64,000 bases of DNA from Candidatus Lustribacter sp. (GCA_965277805.1 OZ255842.1:4288001-4352000), one strand, 5' to 3'. Numbered from the stretch's first letter, positions 1 to 13,766 are shown. Made by a program: numbers and translations. The notes: generated from the sequence alone by a model not told the origin.

Positions 1-13
1 GCCAGTAGGCGGT

Positions 14-1098
14 TTGCTTCTCACCGCGCTGCGGCTGGCCGACTTTCGCAATTACGCGGCGCTGGATTTCACGCCCGCGCCGGGACTGAACGTCTTCATC
101 GGTCCGAACGCGCAGGGCAAGAGCAACCTGCTCGAAGCGATCGCGATGCTCGCCACCGGCAAATCGTTTCGCGCGCGGCGCGAGGTCGAACTGATCCGCG
201 AGGGCACGCCGCTGGCGGAAATCGCCGGTGAGGCGCGCATTCCGGCCGGCGCGATCTTTCTCCACGCCTCGATCGTTCGCAGCGGCAGCGGCGCGCGCAA
301 GTCGTTCGACGTCAACGGCTCGCCGGTCGGGTTCGCCGGATTTCTCGGCCGCGCGCGGGTCGTCACGTTCGTTCCGGCCGACCTGCACCTCGTTGCGGGC
401 GGACCCGCGCTACGGCGCACGTTTCTCAACGGTGCGCTGGCGCAGCTATCGCCCGTGTATTACCGCAATCTCGCGCGCTACGGCAAGATCGTGCAGCAGA
501 AGGCGGCGTTGCTGCGCGGCGCGATCGCGCCCGACCGCGCGCTCTTGCTCGCGTACAACGACGAACTGCTGGAGCCGGGTGCCGCGCTGATGAGCGCGCG
601 CGCCGCGTTCGTCGCGGAGATTGCCGCGGCTGCGGAGGGCGTGTACGGACGCTGGCCCGGCACGCACGAACGCGTCGAAATCGGTTACGCGCCCAACGTT
701 GCGATGAACGATGCCGATCCGCGCGATGCGCTTGCGGCGGCTCTGGCCGCCGGCATCGAAGGTGAGCTGCGCCGCAAGACGACGCTGGTCGGGCCGCACC
801 GCGACGACCTGCGGTTGACGATCGACGGCAAGGCGCTGGACGCGTTCGGTTCGCAAGGTCAGCAGCGAACGGCGGTACTTGCGCTCAAGGTTGCCGAATA
901 CGAAACGATGCGCGCGCGTGCCGGCGATGCCCCGATCCTGTTGCTCGACGACGTGCTCTCCGAGCTCGATGCCGAGCGCGCCGGCGGATTTCTCGCCGCG
1001 GTCGGCTCGTTCGAACAGGCCTTTCTCACGACGACGGAACTGCCCGAACGGTTCAGCGACGCCGCGCGCTTTCGTATCGCCGCCGCAACGGTGACGGC

Positions 1099-1105
<7 letters not shown>
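14..1105 (+). CDS. recF: DNA replication and repair protein RecF
   Basis: 363 aa; FRNY, Walker A GPNAQGKSN, GPHRDD, signature GSQGQQR, Walker B LLLDDVLSELD. Confidence 0.97.
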
Positions 1106-3880
<2,775 letters not shown>

Positions 3881-3947
3881 GCCGCCCTCATCAAGTCGTA
3901 ACGATCCGGCAGGGGAGCGACGCGGGTGAAGGCCCAAACGCCACACG

Positions 3948-6900
3948 TTGAGTGAGCGCCTGAAGGTTCTGCGCGGCCGCTGGGGCGGGGCGATCGCGAT
4001 TGCCGCGGTGCTCGTTCTCGTGGCGGCGTTCGCGCATCACGCGCTCGCGAAGTTCGCCGTCTCGCGCGGCATCGGCGCCGCGCTCGGTTACGACGTGCGC
4101 TTCGGCGACATGTCGCTTGGCTGGTCGCATGCCACGCTGACCGACGTGCACGTGCGCAAAAACGGCGATCCCGTTTTCGACGCCGGCCGCGTCGACATCG
4201 ACTATGCCTTGCGCGACATCTTTCCGGGCGGCAAGCACCGCTACGGCTTTGCCGGCCTCTCGGTGGACGATCCGACGCTCACGCTCGTGCGGCACGCCGA
4301 CGGCTCGTACAACTTCAACCGCGGCGGCTCGTCATCGTCGCCGCCCCAATCGACTCAGGCCGCGGCCGAACCGCTGCTGTTCAGCGCGCGCGTGCGCGAC
4401 GGGACCCTGCGCATCATCGATCAGGCTCCGCTCGAACCGGACCTCGCGGAACAGACGATCGCGAACGTCTCGATCGATGCGTCGGTTCAATCGAACGCGC
4501 GCACCGTGGCGCGGGTCGACGGCGTGCTGATCGGCCGGCGCACGCAAGCCGCACCGATCGAACGCTGGCCGCTCAGCGTGCGCTCGGTCATCGACTACAA
4601 CCGCGGCTTTGCACTGCACCGTTTCCGCGCGCCGGAGTTGCCGCTGCGCGGGCTTTTGAACTTTCTGGTGCACGCGAAAATCGCGCGGTTCGACGACGGC
4701 GTCATGCGCAACGTCGACGTGCGTGCGTACGCGCTCAACATCGATGCCGGCAAACCGTTCGGGTACGCGCTCGGCGGCGGCGGGACGCTCGAGGGCGCGC
4801 AGATCACGCTCGGACCGCTGGCCAAACCCGTGCGCGATCTGCACGGGCAAATCGATCTGTTCGATGACGGCGTGACGTCTTCGGATTTGCGCGGTACGGT
4901 GGCAGGCGTTCCGCTGCGAATTCGCGGCGGCATGTACGACTTCGCCGACGTGCACTTCCAACTCGGTATCTCGGCCGATCCGGAATTGACGCAGCTGCGC
5001 ACGCTCTTCGCGTTCTTGCGCGATCAGCCGGTGCGCGGGCCGATGCACATCGAAACGATGGTCACGGCAACGGCGGCGCAACCGCTGATCCGCACGGTCG
5101 TCGCATCGCCGCGCGTGTACTACGATACGATCCCGCTCGACCGGGCCGGCGGCACGGTGGACTACGAAGCGGGCGTCGTTTCGTTTTCCGGATTTCACAC
5201 CGGCTTCGGCGCGCTGCAGAGCACGCTCGGCGGTCAGGTGAACGTCAACTTGCCGATCGCGGAACTCGAAGGCGCCGTGCACGTCGAGGGGCCGGCATCA
5301 TCGCTGCCGTACGCGCAGGCGATCGCCGCCGGCGAAACGATTCGCGGCGACGCGATCATCGGGGGGAACGGCGTGCACGGTTTTCGCGCACGCGGCACGA
5401 TCGACTCCGACGGCGCGCACGGCAGCGGCCAAGGCTTTCTCGACGTCGACGAACACGGCAGCGGCGAGTTCGGTCCGTTTCTGTTCACGCGCGACGACGG
5501 CTCGCTGCTGGCCGGCGCGTTTCGTCTCGAGCGGCCGATTTCGGCCAGTGCGGGCTGGGCCGTCGTGCAACACTATCGCTTCGCCGTGCCCGAGCACAAC
5601 GCGGTGCTGCCCGGCGTCAAGATGGTCGGCTTTCCGCTCATCGGCGGCATCGTCGATGCCCAGATCGTGGCCGGCGGTCCGCCGAGCGGCTTTGCCGTTG
5701 CCGGTCACGTGCGCATGCGCGACGCGCGCTTCGAACACTATCCGTTAGGCGATCTCGCCGCCGATCTCGGCGGCACGTTCGACGACATGCGTTTGCGCGA
5801 CATCACGCTGGCCGGCCCGCGCGGAAGATTTCGCGGCGACGGCGCCGTTGCACGCGGCGTGTTCGGCGTCCGCGGCACCTACGACGGATCGCTGGCGGAT
5901 CTGCGGGCGTTCACCGGCGACATCGGCGCGCGCGGCGACGTGCATGCGCCGGTGGCCGCACTCGTCGACGATCGCGGCGTCACCGTGCAGACGAGCGGTG
6001 CGGTGCTGACCGGCGGCAGCATCCACGGCGTTGCGCTGGGCGCCGCGTCGGGCACGATGCTGATCGCCGGCACGTCCGTGCGCATCATCACCGGTTCCGC
6101 GACGCTCGACGGCGCACACGCGGTCGCGGCGGCGCGCAACGGTGAAACCGCGATCTCGATGGTCGGCGTTCCGGCGGCGGCGTTCGCCGGATCAGGACTT
6201 CCGCTCGACGCCGGCCGCGTGTCGGTGTTCGGTCTGGGCAACCTCGACCGGCCGGATTTTCACGGTAGCATCGATCTCGATCGCGGCCGGGCGATGGGGT
6301 TTCCGGTCGGCGGCTGGGTCGACATCGCGCTGACCGGACGCAGTCTGAGCATCCGCGACGGCATCGCGGCACTGGGCGACACGTACGGCCGCCTCGGCGG
6401 CCGGCTCGACGACATCGGCGGCGCGAAGTTCCGCTACGATCTCGATGCCGGGGTTCGGCTCGGCGACGTGGGCGGTCTCATCCGCGACCTGCACTTGCCC
6501 TTGCGGTATGCCGAGGGCAGCTTTGCGGGCCAGGTCCGGATCAACGGCGATGCGGCGGGGACGGCCGTGTCCGGCACGGTGAGCGCACCGGAGGGATCGT
6601 ATAACGGCCTGGCGTTCCGCGACGCCGGGGGCCGGCTTTCCGTCGACCCGGGCTCGGCGATCCGAGTTGACGACGGGCGGGTGACGATCGGCAGCACTCA
6701 GGCCACGTTCCAGGCCGCCGTCGGTGCGGGCGCGCTCAGCGTGTCCGCGCAAAGCGCAGCGGCCGACCTAGCCGACTTCGACGACTACTTCGATCAGAGC
6801 GGGACGTTGAGTGGAACGGGCGCGCTGAGCTTCAGCTTCAGGAACGACGGCCGGCACACGTCGAGCAGCGGGCAGATCGCGCTGGCCGGCACGCGCGTCC

Positions 6901-9167
6901 GGAAGTTTCCATTGGGCGCGGTCACGGGCCACTGGTCGACGAGCGGCGACGCCATCCTGACGAATCTTGCGATCGCGGGCCCCGGCGGTAACCTCGCCGC
7001 CGACGGTTCGATCTTCCCGGCTGCGGGGGGACCCTTGAACGCGCTGCTGCGCGCGCGGCTGGCGGCCGACCTCAACGCCCAAAACGTCGATCTGGGCACG
7101 TTCCTTCCCGCGGCCGGCTTCCCGTACCCGATCCTCGGGCGGGTCAACGCCGCCGGCCGGATCGCCGGCGTCTTTCCGCGCCTCGCCATCGGCGGGCACG
7201 CGAGCGTCAGCGACGGTCAGCTCGGGCCGTTCCCGGTCATCAGCGCCGACGCCACGACGCACATCGTCGGCGACCGGATCGCGCTCGACTCGGCGAACGC
7301 CGACCTCGGCTTCGCGCGGCTGAGCGGAACGGGCCGGGTCGGGCTCGCGCCGGGCGATCCGCTCGCGCTGCATTTCCACGCCAGCGTCCCCGACCTCGCC
7401 GCGGCGGCGCGGCGCGTGCTGCCCCACCAGCCCCCCGACGTATCGGGCTCGCTCGAGTCCGACGCCGTGCTCGAAGGCACGTTCGTCAAGCCGCACCTGA
7501 CCGCGGGGTTCGATTTCACGCAGCCGCGCTACGGCAAGCTGCTCGTGCAGCGCATCATCGGCAATGTGGAGAGCGATTTCCGCTCGGTCAATCTCGACAG
7601 CGCGGAATTCGTGCTGAACCACGGCTCGGCCGTGGTGGCCGGATCGCTGCCGATCGCGCTGCACCCGGCCGGTATCGGTCCGCCCGACGCGCCGTTGTCG
7701 ATTACCGCCGACGCGCACTCGGTCGACCTGTCGTCGCTGGCGCCGCTGCTGCCCGGCACCGGCACCAAGTTGACCGGGACGGTCGACGGACACCTGGCCC
7801 TGGAAGGCACGGTCCACGCGCCGCGCGTGCTGGGCTCGGTCAGTCTCTCCAACGGCTCATACGTGTCCAACATCGAGACGTCGCCGATCCGCGATGCGGC
7901 CGCCCAGCTCGTCTTTGCCGGCACGTCGGTCGCCCTGCAAGCCTTTCACGCGCGGGTCGGCAACGGAACGATCGACGCCGACGGGCAGCTCGATCTGCCG
8001 GTAGCCACCCCGACGAAGGGCTATGCCGTCAACATCACGGCCAAGGGCGCGCAGGTCAACGTCCCCGGCTTCGGCGGCGGCACGATCGACGGCACGGCGC
8101 AGCTTACCAGCGGTCCCAGCCTTCCGACCTTGAGCGGCGACGTCACGCTCAGCAACGCCACGATCCCGTTCGGCGCGATCTTCAAGGCCGCCGGGGGGCC
8201 GGCGGAGAGCACGGTGCCCGGGGCGCCCCAGTTCGACTTGGGCCTCGATCTGCGCGCCGACGCCAAGAGCATCCGGATCCGCTCGCCGATCATCGACGTC
8301 GGCGCGGCCGGCACGATCGCGCTGACCGGCACGCTGCGCTCGCCGCGCGCGGCGGGGCAGTTCACCGCGACGCGCGGCGGCGTGTTCTCGACCTACCAGC
8401 GGCTGTTCCGGATTCAGGACGCGACCGTCACCTTCGATCCGGCCCGGGGGATCGTGCCGAATCTCGACCTGCACGCGACCGCCCACGTCGACAACCCCGA
8501 CCCCGACCCGGCCCGCAACGCGATCGGCAGCGCCGACATCTCGGTCGCGGTCACCGGTCCCGCCGATGCCTACACGATCAGCTACTCCTCGCAGCCGGCC
8601 TACTCGCAGGCGCAGATCATCGCGCTGCTGGTCGATCTGCCGGTGCTCGGCTCGCTCAATTTCGGCGACAGCCAGCCGGTCGGCACGCTCCGCGGCGCAC
8701 CCGGCGAATCCGACGCGTTTCTCCCGCCCGGCGTCACGCCGTACAAAACCGGTATCACACCGATCCAGCAAGAGGCATTCTCGTTGTTCAACACTCAGCT
8801 CACCCAGCGCTTGCTTTCGCCGCTTGAGAATGCGTTCGGCGGCGCGCTTGGTTTGACCGATCTCGAATTGACGCTCGACTACGGCGGACGCGTCGGGTAC
8901 ACGGCCCGCCAACAGCTCTCCAAGAAGCACGCGGTCTACGCGACCGTCGGGCAGATTTTGAGCGCTCCGACGCGCACGCAAATCGGCTTCGCATCCAAGC
9001 CGGACCCAGCGACGACGATCAGCTTCACCTACTTCCAGCAAAACGGAACGCCCTATTTTTCCAACTCGATCTTCGGCAATACAAGCACCGTCGAAATCCA
9101 GAACGGCATTCAGCCGCTGTCGGATCGGCAGGGCTTCAGCCTCATCCTGAGCCGGAGTTATCCGTGA
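3948..9167 (+). CDS. tamB: TamB/AsmA-like translocation and assembly module protein
   Basis: 1739 aa; N-terminal TM anchor, long Gly-rich beta-repeat body, DUF490-like C-terminus; directly upstream of bamA. Confidence 0.85.
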   Translation: MSERLKVLRGRWGGAIAIAAVLVLVAAFAHHALAKFAVSRGIGAALGYDVRFGDMSLGWSHATLTDVHVRKNGDPVFDAGRVDIDYALRDIFPGGKHRYGFAGLSVDDPTLTLVRHADGSYNFNRGGSSSSPPQSTQAAAEPLLFSARVRDGTLRIIDQAPLEPDLAEQTIANVSIDASVQSNARTVARVDGVLIGRRTQAAPIERWPLSVRSVIDYNRGFALHRFRAPELPLRGLLNFLVHAKIARFDDGVMRNVDVRAYALNIDAGKPFGYALGGGGTLEGAQITLGPLAKPVRDLHGQIDLFDDGVTSSDLRGTVAGVPLRIRGGMYDFADVHFQLGISADPELTQLRTLFAFLRDQPVRGPMHIETMVTATAAQPLIRTVVASPRVYYDTIPLDRAGGTVDYEAGVVSFSGFHTGFGALQSTLGGQVNVNLPIAELEGAVHVEGPASSLPYAQAIAAGETIRGDAIIGGNGVHGFRARGTIDSDGAHGSGQGFLDVDEHGSGEFGPFLFTRDDGSLLAGAFRLERPISASAGWAVVQHYRFAVPEHNAVLPGVKMVGFPLIGGIVDAQIVAGGPPSGFAVAGHVRMRDARFEHYPLGDLAADLGGTFDDMRLRDITLAGPRGRFRGDGAVARGVFGVRGTYDGSLADLRAFTGDIGARGDVHAPVAALVDDRGVTVQTSGAVLTGGSIHGVALGAASGTMLIAGTSVRIITGSATLDGAHAVAAARNGETAISMVGVPAAAFAGSGLPLDAGRVSVFGLGNLDRPDFHGSIDLDRGRAMGFPVGGWVDIALTGRSLSIRDGIAALGDTYGRLGGRLDDIGGAKFRYDLDAGVRLGDVGGLIRDLHLPLRYAEGSFAGQVRINGDAAGTAVSGTVSAPEGSYNGLAFRDAGGRLSVDPGSAIRVDDGRVTIGSTQATFQAAVGAGALSVSAQSAAADLADFDDYFDQSGTLSGTGALSFSFRNDGRHTSSSGQIALAGTRVRKFPLGAVTGHWSTSGDAILTNLAIAGPGGNLAADGSIFPAAGGPLNALLRARLAADLNAQNVDLGTFLPAAGFPYPILGRVNAAGRIAGVFPRLAIGGHASVSDGQLGPFPVISADATTHIVGDRIALDSANADLGFARLSGTGRVGLAPGDPLALHFHASVPDLAAAARRVLPHQPPDVSGSLESDAVLEGTFVKPHLTAGFDFTQPRYGKLLVQRIIGNVESDFRSVNLDSAEFVLNHGSAVVAGSLPIALHPAGIGPPDAPLSITADAHSVDLSSLAPLLPGTGTKLTGTVDGHLALEGTVHAPRVLGSVSLSNGSYVSNIETSPIRDAAAQLVFAGTSVALQAFHARVGNGTIDADGQLDLPVATPTKGYAVNITAKGAQVNVPGFGGGTIDGTAQLTSGPSLPTLSGDVTLSNATIPFGAIFKAAGGPAESTVPGAPQFDLGLDLRADAKSIRIRSPIIDVGAAGTIALTGTLRSPRAAGQFTATRGGVFSTYQRLFRIQDATVTFDPARGIVPNLDLHATAHVDNPDPDPARNAIGSADISVAVTGPADAYTISYSSQPAYSQAQIIALLVDLPVLGSLNFGDSQPVGTLRGAPGESDAFLPPGVTPYKTGITPIQQEAFSLFNTQLTQRLLSPLENAFGGALGLTDLELTLDYGGRVGYTARQQLSKKHAVYATVGQILSAPTRTQIGFASKPDPATTISFTYFQQNGTPYFSNSIFGNTSTVEIQNGIQPLSDRQGFSLILSRSYP

Positions 9168-9212
9168 GCGTTCACAAGGCCATACCAGTCGTAAGGCATA
9201 AAGTTCGGGCCC

Positions 9213-9239
9213 GGGAACCCGGCACGTTCCGTGCCCGTT
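9213..9239 (+). promoter_or_regulatory. Putative ECF sigma promoter (GGGAAC-N18-GTT) upstream of bamA
   Basis: GGAAC 9214-9218, 18-nt spacer, GTT 9237-9239; spacer holds palindrome GGCACG-ttc-CGTGCC 9221-9235; same motif recurs at 57157-57183. Confidence 0.55.
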
Positions 9240-9295
9240 GGTTTCCACAAGGTGCGCGCGCCCGCGCCCCAGTCATCGCTCGCAGGGACAGAAGT

Positions 9296-11626
9296 TTGCT
9301 CGATTGGTTTGGCCGCGCGCCGCGCACGGGGCTCGCGCTCCTCGCATTGTTCGGTTTACTCATGCCGGCCGCAGTCGGCGCGCCAACCCCGACGCCTCCA
9401 GCTGCAGCGCCGACGCCGGCTCCGGCGAGTGCTCCGGCATCGCCGGGTGCGCCAGCCGTTGCGCCGACCGTGGTCGACGTCTCGGTGACGGGCAATACGC
9501 ACGTGCCGACGGACGTGATTCTGTCCGCGGTGAAAACGAAGGTGGGCGAACCGTTCGATCCGGCCGTCGTGACCGACGATCTGCGCGCGATCAACGATCT
9601 CGGCTACTTTGCCGACCAGGCGCCGCCGGTCATCAAGCAGCGTCCCGACGGCGTGTCGGTCACGTTCCGCGTGGTCGAGAACCCGGTCGTCACCAGCATC
9701 CGCTTTCAGGGCAACAAGTCGATTTCGGCCGACACCCTGACCGCGCTCATGGACACCTCGGTCGGTAAAGTCTTCAACCTCAAGACGTATCAAGAAGACG
9801 TCCTGAAGATCAATTCGTATTACGACAAGATCGGATACGGCGGTCAGGTTCCCTCGCACGTCACCGACGTCAACATCGACACGAACGGCGTGCTGACGCT
9901 GACGATTCAAGAAGGCTTGACGGTTCGCAACGTCATCATCGTGCAGCCGCCGGATGCGGATCCCGTATTGCCGGCGCGGCTGATCACCGCCGCGCTCGTA
10001 ACCAAACCGGGCAGCACGTATTCCGAAGCGCAGCGCGACAAAGACACCGACAAGCTCAAAGATCTCTACAAACAGTACGATCTGACCATCGGCGATTTCG
10101 AAGCCGGCATCGATCCGGCCACCGTCGACACGAAGGCCGGTACGGCCGACGTGCGTTACGCGATTTCCGTCGCCCGCGTCGGCGCGGTCGAGATCACCGG
10201 CAACACGACGACGCACGACGACGTGATCCGGCGCGAGCTGCGGATGAAGCCCGGCATGCTCGTCACGGACTCCGGCGTGCGCAACGATTACAACCGGCTC
10301 AACAACCTCGGCTTCTTCGAGAAGGTCGACGTCTCGACCAATCCGGGCCCGGATCCGAAACGCCCGGCGTACGTCACGCTGCACTGGAGCGTCAAGGAAC
10401 AACGCACCGGGACGGCCCAAATCGGCGCCGGCTACTCGGGCGGCATCACCGGCACCGGCCTCACCGGCAACATCTCGTATTCGCAGAACAACATCAACGG
10501 CACGGGTAACGGCGCCTCGATCAAACTCGAGCGCGGCACGCAAGTCAGCGACGCCGAACTGTCGTTCGCGGTGCCGTATCTCGGCAACACGGAAGCCTGG
10601 CAGAAGTACAGCGGCTCGGTGACGATCTTCACCCAGTCGCAAACCAACTACTATCCGGTCTATCAGGCGACGCCCGCGCCGGCGCCGGGAATTACCTCGA
10701 CGCCGATTCCGGTCGGCGCGAACATCCCGGTTTCGATCGTGCCGGCCGATCCGACCAACTACGTGCTCGAGAGCGGCGTAGCGGCGACGTATCAAACGGC
10801 GTCCACCGGCTTCACGGCCTCGATCGGCCGCCGGTTCTCGGATTACTTCCGCGGTTCGCTCGGCTTGAATATCCAAGAAGTCTCAGCCAACGCCACGGTG
10901 CCGCTGCCGTACTTCTTCCCGAGCGAGCAAAACCTCAACCCGATCGCGCTAGCGTCGTCGAGTCCGCTCGACGGTCAAACCACCAGCGCCTCGACCGCCA
11001 TCGGCATCACGGCACCGTCGATCGCCAACATCAATTCGTCGCAACCGTACGCCCTGCACAGCGTCGTGTTCGGCGTCGGCGTCGATACGCGCGACGACAT
11101 CCAGAATCCGCGCACGGGCTGGTCGAGTTCGATCGCCGATGAGGTCTCGAACACCGCCATCGGTTCGGCCTTCGATTATTCGCAAATAACGTTCGACGTG
11201 GCGAAGTTCTTCCCGACGCTCAAACACTCGACGTTCGGCGTTCACTTCCGCTACGGCGTTACCGACGGCGCGATCCCGGTCAACAAACTCTACACCTTCT
11301 CCGATCAGCAGTTGCGCGGCTACACGAACCCGTTCTACGGGACCAACATCGCGCTGGTCCAAGCCGAGCTGCGCTATCCGCTCACGGCCGACCGCAAGGT
11401 GTCGATCGTGCTCTTCGGCGACGAAGGTGCGACGCGCATCGTCGGCGGTCAGCAGCTCAACAGCGACAACTCCACCACCGACCTGAATTCGTTCATCTGG
11501 CATGCCGATGCCGGGGTCGGCGTACGATTCGACATCCCGCAGCTGGGTCTGCACACGCTGCGCCTCGACTTCGGTAAGGGATCGCTCGGCACGCACATCT
11601 CGTTCGGCATCGGTCAGGCGTTCTAG
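9296..11626 (+). CDS. bamA: Omp85 outer membrane protein assembly factor BamA
   Basis: Four POTRA-like repeats, barrel with LRGY motif, C-terminal FGIGQAF. ORF is open from GTG 9164; TTG 9296 preferred (AGGGA upstream, normal-length signal peptide), start uncertain. Confidence 0.9.
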   Translation: MLDWFGRAPRTGLALLALFGLLMPAAVGAPTPTPPAAAPTPAPASAPASPGAPAVAPTVVDVSVTGNTHVPTDVILSAVKTKVGEPFDPAVVTDDLRAINDLGYFADQAPPVIKQRPDGVSVTFRVVENPVVTSIRFQGNKSISADTLTALMDTSVGKVFNLKTYQEDVLKINSYYDKIGYGGQVPSHVTDVNIDTNGVLTLTIQEGLTVRNVIIVQPPDADPVLPARLITAALVTKPGSTYSEAQRDKDTDKLKDLYKQYDLTIGDFEAGIDPATVDTKAGTADVRYAISVARVGAVEITGNTTTHDDVIRRELRMKPGMLVTDSGVRNDYNRLNNLGFFEKVDVSTNPGPDPKRPAYVTLHWSVKEQRTGTAQIGAGYSGGITGTGLTGNISYSQNNINGTGNGASIKLERGTQVSDAELSFAVPYLGNTEAWQKYSGSVTIFTQSQTNYYPVYQATPAPAPGITSTPIPVGANIPVSIVPADPTNYVLESGVAATYQTASTGFTASIGRRFSDYFRGSLGLNIQEVSANATVPLPYFFPSEQNLNPIALASSSPLDGQTTSASTAIGITAPSIANINSSQPYALHSVVFGVGVDTRDDIQNPRTGWSSSIADEVSNTAIGSAFDYSQITFDVAKFFPTLKHSTFGVHFRYGVTDGAIPVNKLYTFSDQQLRGYTNPFYGTNIALVQAELRYPLTADRKVSIVLFGDEGATRIVGGQQLNSDNSTTDLNSFIWHADAGVGVRFDIPQLGLHTLRLDFGKGSLGTHISFGIGQAF

Positions 11627-11632
11627 AACACG

Positions 11633-12445
11633 ATGGAAATGAACACGTTACGCATCGCATCGCGCGTCACGGCACTGGCCGGATTGGCGCTCGTCCTCAC
11701 GGCCGCACCGGCCGTGCTGGCTCAGGAAACGACCGACATCGGGTACGTCGATCAGAATGCACTCTCGTCGATCCCGACTTTCACCGCGGCACGCAAGCAG
11801 ATCGACGCGTACGGCGGCGGTCTGCAAAAAACGTACATCGCGCGCGCCCGCGGCGCTTCGCCGGCCGAACAGCAGCGCCTGAGTGCGGAGTTCCAGCAGA
11901 AGATCGCCGACAAGCAGCGCCAGCTGCTCGGCCCGATCTTCGCCCGCGCGCAGGTCGCGATCGCCTCGGTCGCGTCGAGCCATAACCTCTCGATCGTCGT
12001 GGACAAGCAGATCATCATCGTCGGCGGACAAGACATCACGGGCCCGGTCCGCGATCTGCTCACCGGCGTCGGCGAACCGGTGCCGCCGGTGAATACCCCG
12101 GCACCGTCGACGGTCGGCTACGTGGATCAGACCCAAATCGATGCCTTGCCGGCGATCAAAGCCGCCTCGACCGATTTCCAAAAATTCAAGGCGACCGAAG
12201 ATCAGGATGCCGCCGCGAAATTCAAGACGGCGAAAACGCAAGCCGACCGCGATGCGATCATGAAAGATTATCAAAAGGCGCTCACCGACAAGCAGAGTGC
12301 GACGCTGAAGCCCCTGGTCGACAAAACCCAAGCCGCGATGGCGAGCGTGGCGCAAAAACGTGGACTCATTCTGGTGGTCGATCGCGGCAACGTGATCTAC
12401 GGCGGCACGGATATCACGGCCGACGTCACCAGCGCGATGAAGTAG
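11633..12445 (+). CDS. Skp/OmpH-like chaperone with two tandem OmpH domains
   Basis: Signal peptide; IGYVD...IVGGQDIT then VGYVD...IYGGTDIT; follows bamA. Confidence 0.85.
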   Translation: MEMNTLRIASRVTALAGLALVLTAAPAVLAQETTDIGYVDQNALSSIPTFTAARKQIDAYGGGLQKTYIARARGASPAEQQRLSAEFQQKIADKQRQLLGPIFARAQVAIASVASSHNLSIVVDKQIIIVGGQDITGPVRDLLTGVGEPVPPVNTPAPSTVGYVDQTQIDALPAIKAASTDFQKFKATEDQDAAAKFKTAKTQADRDAIMKDYQKALTDKQSATLKPLVDKTQAAMASVAQKRGLILVVDRGNVIYGGTDITADVTSAMK

Positions 12446-12446
12446 C

Positions 12447-13766
12447 TTGCGCAGACGACTGCTGGCGCTCGCCGCGTGCGGGTTGCTCGCCGCGTGCGCG
12501 CACGGGAGTTCGGAAACGCCCGCGGCAGCGCCGTCGGGCGGTCGCGTCGGGTACGTGCGCATGGACGACCTGGTGAAGAAGCACCCGCTCTTCGGCCAGC
12601 TCGCTCAATACGATGCCAATATCGCGGCGCTCAACCTCAGCGCGCTGGTTCCGCACGTGCTGGCCGGCAGCGCGCAGCTGAAGGCCGAGCAGGCGCGGCT
12701 CGAAGCGCAGCTCGAGGCCGCGGCCAAACGCACCGATGCGCTGCTTGCCGCCAAAGGCAAGAGCTATCAGGACCGCGAGAACGCCGCGATCGCCGCCGCC
12801 CTGCGCGGCGCGGGCGGCGCCGGCGGTCCGAGCGTGGCTGCCATCGAGTCGCAAATGCAAGGCACGGCGAGCTCGCAAGCCGCCGGCGCGGGCGCGCAAG
12901 CCCAGCGCGACCTCGATACGTACCGCAAGCAGCTCGAAGCGCAGGACAACGCGCAGATCACGGCCGCGCAGCGCACGCTCGCCGCACGCGCCGACCGGAC
13001 GTACCGCGCGAAGGCCGACGAACTCAACGCCAAGGAGTCCGCGCTCTCGCTGATGCTGGCGAATGCCGACGCCGCCGAACGGCTCTCGCTGCGAACGCGC
13101 CTCTCGAGCCTCGCGCTCGACGAAGCGGCCCGCACCGACGCCAACAACCAGCTCGCGGCGCTCGATCGCAAGGAAGCCGATCAGGTCGCGGCGCTGCACA
13201 ACATCGACGCGCAGCAGCTGGCGACGCTGCAAGCGCAACTGCGCGCCGGCATCGAGAAAGACATGGGCACGCAGGTGGCCCAGATCCGGCAGCGTTCGGT
13301 GCAGCGCTTCCGCGACCGCGCCGATCAGCTGCGCACGCAATTCCAAACCGCGAGCGGCCCGCTGATCAAGACCTCGGCCAACGGCACCGCGACGGTCAAT
13401 CCGAACCTCCCGCCGGCCTTGCGTCAACGCATCACGCAGCTCCACGCCGACTACACGGCGGCGTTTCAGAACGACGCCAAACAAACCGTGGCCGATTTCC
13501 AGAAGACGCGCGCCGACCTCACCGCGCGCTACCGGCTCCTGACCGGAACCGATGCCGCCGCGGCGCAGAGCGCGCAGTCGGAGATTCTCTCGCTCGAGAA
13601 GAAGCGTCAGGACCTCTACCAGCAGATGGTGGCCCAAATCAATCGTGAAGTGAAGACGATCGCGCAGGAGCGCGGCGTCTCGACCGTGGTCAGCACGGTC
13701 GCGCCGGCCGGCGGCGTCGATCTCACCGGCGACGCTATGAAAGACATCGAAACGTTACATGAATAA
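12447..13766 (+). CDS. Lipoprotein, OmpH-like with very long coiled-coil insert
   Basis: Lipobox LLAAC; RVGYVRMDDL near N-terminus, GGVDLT near C-terminus, ~350 aa Ala/Gln-rich helical region between. Confidence 0.7.
   Translation: MRRRLLALAACGLLAACAHGSSETPAAAPSGGRVGYVRMDDLVKKHPLFGQLAQYDANIAALNLSALVPHVLAGSAQLKAEQARLEAQLEAAAKRTDALLAAKGKSYQDRENAAIAAALRGAGGAGGPSVAAIESQMQGTASSQAAGAGAQAQRDLDTYRKQLEAQDNAQITAAQRTLAARADRTYRAKADELNAKESALSLMLANADAAERLSLRTRLSSLALDEAARTDANNQLAALDRKEADQVAALHNIDAQQLATLQAQLRAGIEKDMGTQVAQIRQRSVQRFRDRADQLRTQFQTASGPLIKTSANGTATVNPNLPPALRQRITQLHADYTAAFQNDAKQTVADFQKTRADLTARYRLLTGTDAAAAQSAQSEILSLEKKRQDLYQQMVAQINREVKTIAQERGVSTVVSTVAPAGGVDLTGDAMKDIETLHE

Noticed and set aside
3881-3947. 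Terminator after gyrB
   Set aside because: Only weak imperfect pairing and no U-tract
6480-8700. Apparent codon-usage shift in central tamB (possible mosaic)
   Set aside because: Impression only, not quantified; frame intact and no boundary repeats seen
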